Below, in pieces: positions 35,465 through 38,550 of a DNA stretch of 38,550 nt. The position numbers and the translations under genes were made by a program. Each line of letters begins with the position of its first letter. The stretch's first letter is position 1. The stretch is taken from the IMG/VR virus record IMGVR_UViG_3300014202_000110, positions 1 through 38,550 of that record. One strand, 5' to 3'. The DNA comes from a virus (lineage: Duplodnaviria > Caudoviricetes). The notes under the pieces are model-generated. The model searched no databases. It saw only the letters and a list, made by a program, of their open reading frames with translations, and was not told the origin of the DNA.

Positions 35465-36487
35465 ATGAAACGACACGGTAATTTATGGGGCAAAATTGTT
35501 GAGTTGGACAACATAAAATTTGCCCATCAGCAAGCCCGCCGTGGCAAAGCGTACTACACAGAAGTAAAAATGGTAGATGCGGATATAGATAAGTACGCCA
35601 AGGAAATACAGGAAATGCTTATCAATAAGACATTTACCACCAGCCCGTATGAGATTGAAGATCGTTTTGACGGGCGCAAGATGAGAACGATATACAAGTT
35701 ACCGTATTACCCAGATCGCATTGTTCAGCACGCTTTACTAAATGTAATCGGCCCAATAATTGTAGATAGCTTTATACGGGATTCGTTTCAGTCAATTGTG
35801 GGCAGAGGCACGCACGATGCAGCCAAAAGGGTTAAAAAGCTAGTGCGGTCTGATAATTGTCCTAAGTACGCCTTAAAGGTTGATGTTGCCAAGTATTACC
35901 CTTCGGTTGACAACGAGATAATGAAAGCTGCGGTTCGCCGCAAGATTAAAGATCAAGATGTGCTTTGGCTGTGCGATGACATTATTGACAGTATGCAAGG
36001 GCTTCCGATTGGGAACTATACAAGCCAGCATTTTGGGAATTTGTATCTAAACCAGTTTGACTGGTGGATTAAGCAAAAGATTAAGCCTTTGGGGTATTTT
36101 AGGTATTGCGACGACATACTGGTTATGTCTAACTCAACTAGAGACTTAATAACCATAAAGTCAAAAATGGTTGATAAGTTAAGGCAGCTGCGGCTTGAGA
36201 TTAAACCAAACTGGAATATTTACAATGTGTACAAAAACGGGGTAGATTTTGTTGGTTATGTATTTAGCCCGAGCAAAACAAGGCTTAGACCTACCATTGT
36301 TAAAAAGTTTAAACTAAAATGTGTAAAGCTAAAAGCCGCCCTTACTAAGGAAAACTGTTTAGAGTATTTAAGCAGCCTAATGTCTTATAAGGGTTGGGTT
36401 AAGCGTTGCAATGCTAAGGTTTTGTGGCGCAGGCACACCATGCGGTTTGTACATTTTTTCCCTAAACAACTTAGGAACGCAATATGA
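35465..36487 (+). CDS. DGR reverse transcriptase
   Basis: 340 aa; PDRIVQHA, KVDVAKYYPSVD, GLPIGNYTSQ (DGR-type SQ), YFRYCDD, GVDFVGY. Confidence 0.97.
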   Translation: MKRHGNLWGKIVELDNIKFAHQQARRGKAYYTEVKMVDADIDKYAKEIQEMLINKTFTTSPYEIEDRFDGRKMRTIYKLPYYPDRIVQHALLNVIGPIIVDSFIRDSFQSIVGRGTHDAAKRVKKLVRSDNCPKYALKVDVAKYYPSVDNEIMKAAVRRKIKDQDVLWLCDDIIDSMQGLPIGNYTSQHFGNLYLNQFDWWIKQKIKPLGYFRYCDDILVMSNSTRDLITIKSKMVDKLRQLRLEIKPNWNIYNVYKNGVDFVGYVFSPSKTRLRPTIVKKFKLKCVKLKAALTKENCLEYLSSLMSYKGWVKRCNAKVLWRRHTMRFVHFFPKQLRNAI

Positions 36488-36792
36488 AAACGCAAGCAGG
36501 TTATGAGTTTCAAACTTACGAGGTATCTGGCCCAGAACTTCGGATCCATTGGGATATTCAAGAAGTAGAGGGTGGTTGGGAAGCGCAAGAGGCTTTGTGT
36601 AACCGCTACGATACCCGAGATGTCTTGATCGAAAAGATCATTGGCGCTGTATATTCGCCTAGTGCGGAGATTGCCACGATCAACAACAAAGAAGATAAGC
36701 CTGAAAAGTACGCCGAGTACCAAGCCTTTAGAACGCAGGCCAAGGCTTTGGCTGATGGTTGGATTGCGGTAAAAGACACACAAATAGCTTGA
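36484..36792 (+). CDS. Small acidic hypothetical protein coupled to the RT
   Basis: 102 aa; ATGA overlap with the RT stop; GGA RBS. Confidence 0.75.
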   Translation: MKTQAGYEFQTYEVSGPELRIHWDIQEVEGGWEAQEALCNRYDTRDVLIEKIIGAVYSPSAEIATINNKEDKPEKYAEYQAFRTQAKALADGWIAVKDTQIA

Positions 36793-36816
36793 CATAAGGT
36801 ATTATTTTTATATAGT
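36789..36816 (+). promoter_or_regulatory. sigma70-type promoter for scaffold-capsid
   Basis: TTGACA, 16 bp, TATAGT. Confidence 0.7.
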
Positions 36817-36861
36817 GACCGTACTGGCTCGGCAAACCAGGGATTCTAAGGAATCATTAAA

Positions 36862-37647
36862 ATGACTGAAGAAGTCCAAAACTTAGCGGAAACTCCCGCG
36901 CCGATAGAGGAAGCTACGGCAGCTCCTGCTATTGACGATACCTTTGTGCCGGAAGAAAAGCCTGCTGAAGCGCCCAAGACCTTCACACAAGAAGACCTTG
37001 ACGCCATAGTAAGCAAGCGGCTTGCAAGAGAGCAACGGAAGTGGGAAAGAGAGCAGCGCCAGCGTCAGAGCCAGCCATATCGGCCTGAAGCCGTGCCGGA
37101 CGAGATCCCGCCAGCCGATCAGTTTGAATCTGTGGACGCCTACGCCGAAGCATTGGCGCAGAAAAAAGCAGTCGAATTGGTTGAGGCTCGCGAGATGGAA
37201 CGCCAGCAGGCTGAGATCCTTTTTGCCTACCACGATCGTGAGGAAGATGCTCGGAACCGTTATGACGACTTTGAACAGGTCGCTTATAACCCGAACTTAT
37301 CCATAACGAACGTGATGGCACAAACGATTCAGGCGTCAGATGTAGGCCCAGACGTAGCCTATTATCTAGGGGTTAACCCTAAGGAAGCTGATCGAATTGC
37401 CCGTTTACCGCCGTTTATGCAGGCAAAAGAGATTGGGAAAATTGAGGCCAAAGTGGCTGAAAATCCCCCGATTAAAAAAACTTCCAACGCCCCAGCGCCT
37501 ATAGCGCCGGTTACCCCCCGGGGTGGCAATGCGACCAGTTACGATACAACTGACCCTCGGTCTGTAAAGGCCATGAGTACCTCAGAATGGATTGAAGCGG
37601 AGCGCAAACGGCAAATAAAAGCGTGGGAGGCAAAACATCTTCGCTAA
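36862..37647 (+). CDS. Scaffolding protein (putative)
   Basis: Acidic N-terminus, FTQEDLDAIV.KRLARE coiled coil; directly before the coat gene. Confidence 0.8.
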   Translation: MTEEVQNLAETPAPIEEATAAPAIDDTFVPEEKPAEAPKTFTQEDLDAIVSKRLAREQRKWEREQRQRQSQPYRPEAVPDEIPPADQFESVDAYAEALAQKKAVELVEAREMERQQAEILFAYHDREEDARNRYDDFEQVAYNPNLSITNVMAQTIQASDVGPDVAYYLGVNPKEADRIARLPPFMQAKEIGKIEAKVAENPPIKKTSNAPAPIAPVTPRGGNATSYDTTDPRSVKAMSTSEWIEAERKRQIKAWEAKHLR

Positions 37648-37665
37648 TTTTGAAAGGAATTAACC

Positions 37666-38550
37666 GTGAGCAATTCATTATTAACCATTGACATGATTAC
37701 TCGGAAGTCTCTTGAGATCCTTGAGAACAACCTTGTAATTACCCGAAACGTAAACCGTCAGTATGACGATTCGTTTGCCGTAGAAGGCGCCAAGATCGGC
37801 TCCACGCTGCGTATTCGCCTGCCGGATCGCGCCTTGGTCACCGACGGTGCTGCCCTGCAAGTTCAGGACGACAACGAGCAGTTCACGACCTTGACCGTTA
37901 ACTCGCAAAAGCATATCGGCATCAACTTTACGACCGCCGAGCTGACTATGCAGTTGGACGACTTTGCTGAGCGTGTTCTGAAGCCTCGTATTAGCCAGTT
38001 GGCATCCTCGATCGACGCCGACGTAGCTAACTCGTTTAAGAACGTGTACCAGTCCGTCGGCACACCAGGCACGACGCCCGCTACCTCTTTGGTTCTGCTG
38101 CAGGGTCAGCAGAAGCTGAACGAGGCCGCTGCTGTTATGTCTCCGCGCTACGCTACGGTTAACCCCGCAGCTAACGCTGGTCTGGTTGAAGGCATGAAAG
38201 GCCTCTTTAACCCCACCAACACAATCTCCCGCCAGTTTAAAAACGGCATGATGGGCGAAGGTGTTTTGGGCTACGAAGAGATCAACATGTCTCAGTCGAT
38301 CAAGCAGTTCACGACTGGTAGCCGGTCTAATGTCTGCGCCGTTGACGGTACGCTGTCAACCCAAGGCGCTAACAAGATCACGATTGACGGTACTTCTGGT
38401 GCTACCGACACCGTAAAGGTCGGCGATGTGTTTACCATCGCAGGCGTTTATGCTGTTAACCCCCAGACCCGTGAATCGACTGGCTCTTTGCAGCAGTTCG
38501 TGGTCACCAAAGACCAGACCGCTTCGTCAAACGCTTGGGCAGACTTGGAG
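37666..38550 (+). CDS. Major capsid protein, 5' portion (runs off the window; continues at 601)
   Basis: GTG start with GAAAGGA RBS; MSNSLLTIDMITRKSLEILENNL...KIGSTLRIRLP. Confidence 0.9.
   Translation, partial: MSNSLLTIDMITRKSLEILENNLVITRNVNRQYDDSFAVEGAKIGSTLRIRLPDRALVTDGAALQVQDDNEQFTTLTVNSQKHIGINFTTAELTMQLDDFAERVLKPRISQLASSIDADVANSFKNVYQSVGTPGTTPATSLVLLQGQQKLNEAAAVMSPRYATVNPAANAGLVEGMKGLFNPTNTISRQFKNGMMGEGVLGYEEINMSQSIKQFTTGSRSNVCAVDGTLSTQGANKITIDGTSGATDTVKVGDVFTIAGVYAVNPQTRESTGSLQQFVVTKDQTASSNAWADLE
37951..38550 (+). repeat. Terminal direct repeat / circular overlap, copy 2
   Basis: About 97% identical to 1-600. Confidence 0.97.

Larger units (their letters stand above)
33561..36792 (+). 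mobile_element. Diversity-generating retroelement
   Basis: Target with VR, hairpin, TR, RT and downstream ORF. Confidence 0.95.
1..38550. mobile_element. Complete or near-complete tailed bacteriophage genome (P22-like head/connector genes; Gram-negative host), unit length about 37,950 bp
   Basis: Terminase, portal, scaffold, coat, connector, lysis and replication modules all present; the 600-bp end overlap rejoins the capsid ORF; no host genes seen. Confidence 0.95.

Noticed and set aside
35465-36487. RT as a retron or group II intron enzyme
   Set aside because: SQ motif, short length and the adenine-specific TR/VR pair identify a DGR.
166-38072. Many antisense or overlapping ORFs in the track
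   Set aside because: They lie within well-supported genes and show no RBS or motifs.

Overview
The window is one apparently complete ~37.95 kb tailed-phage genome. Positions 1-600 recur at 37951-38550, splitting the capsid gene across the ends. The head, connector and ejection genes are P22-like (terS/terL, portal, scaffold, coat, gp4, gp10, ejection proteins). The lysis cassette is Gram-negative type: holin candidates, SAR endolysin and nested Rz/Rz1. The replication module has a SNF2 helicase, VRR-NUC nuclease, Cas4-like exonuclease, family A DNA polymerase and primase-helicase. No integrase or repressor is recognisable. Three features stand out. (1) A compact diversity-generating retroelement (target VR, TR, RT, small acidic ORF) has no recognisable avd, sits in the head module, and has its TR bracketed by a perfect 15-bp inverted repeat. 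(2) The gp10-like tail-hub gene is split by a ~2 kb multi-gene insertion, with its C-terminal ~70 aa fused to the last inserted gene and a T10/G6 tract controlling another fusion. (3) An intergenic array of DnaA-box-like nonamers lies upstream of terS. All family calls come from motif recognition and gene order by eye; no database searches were run.
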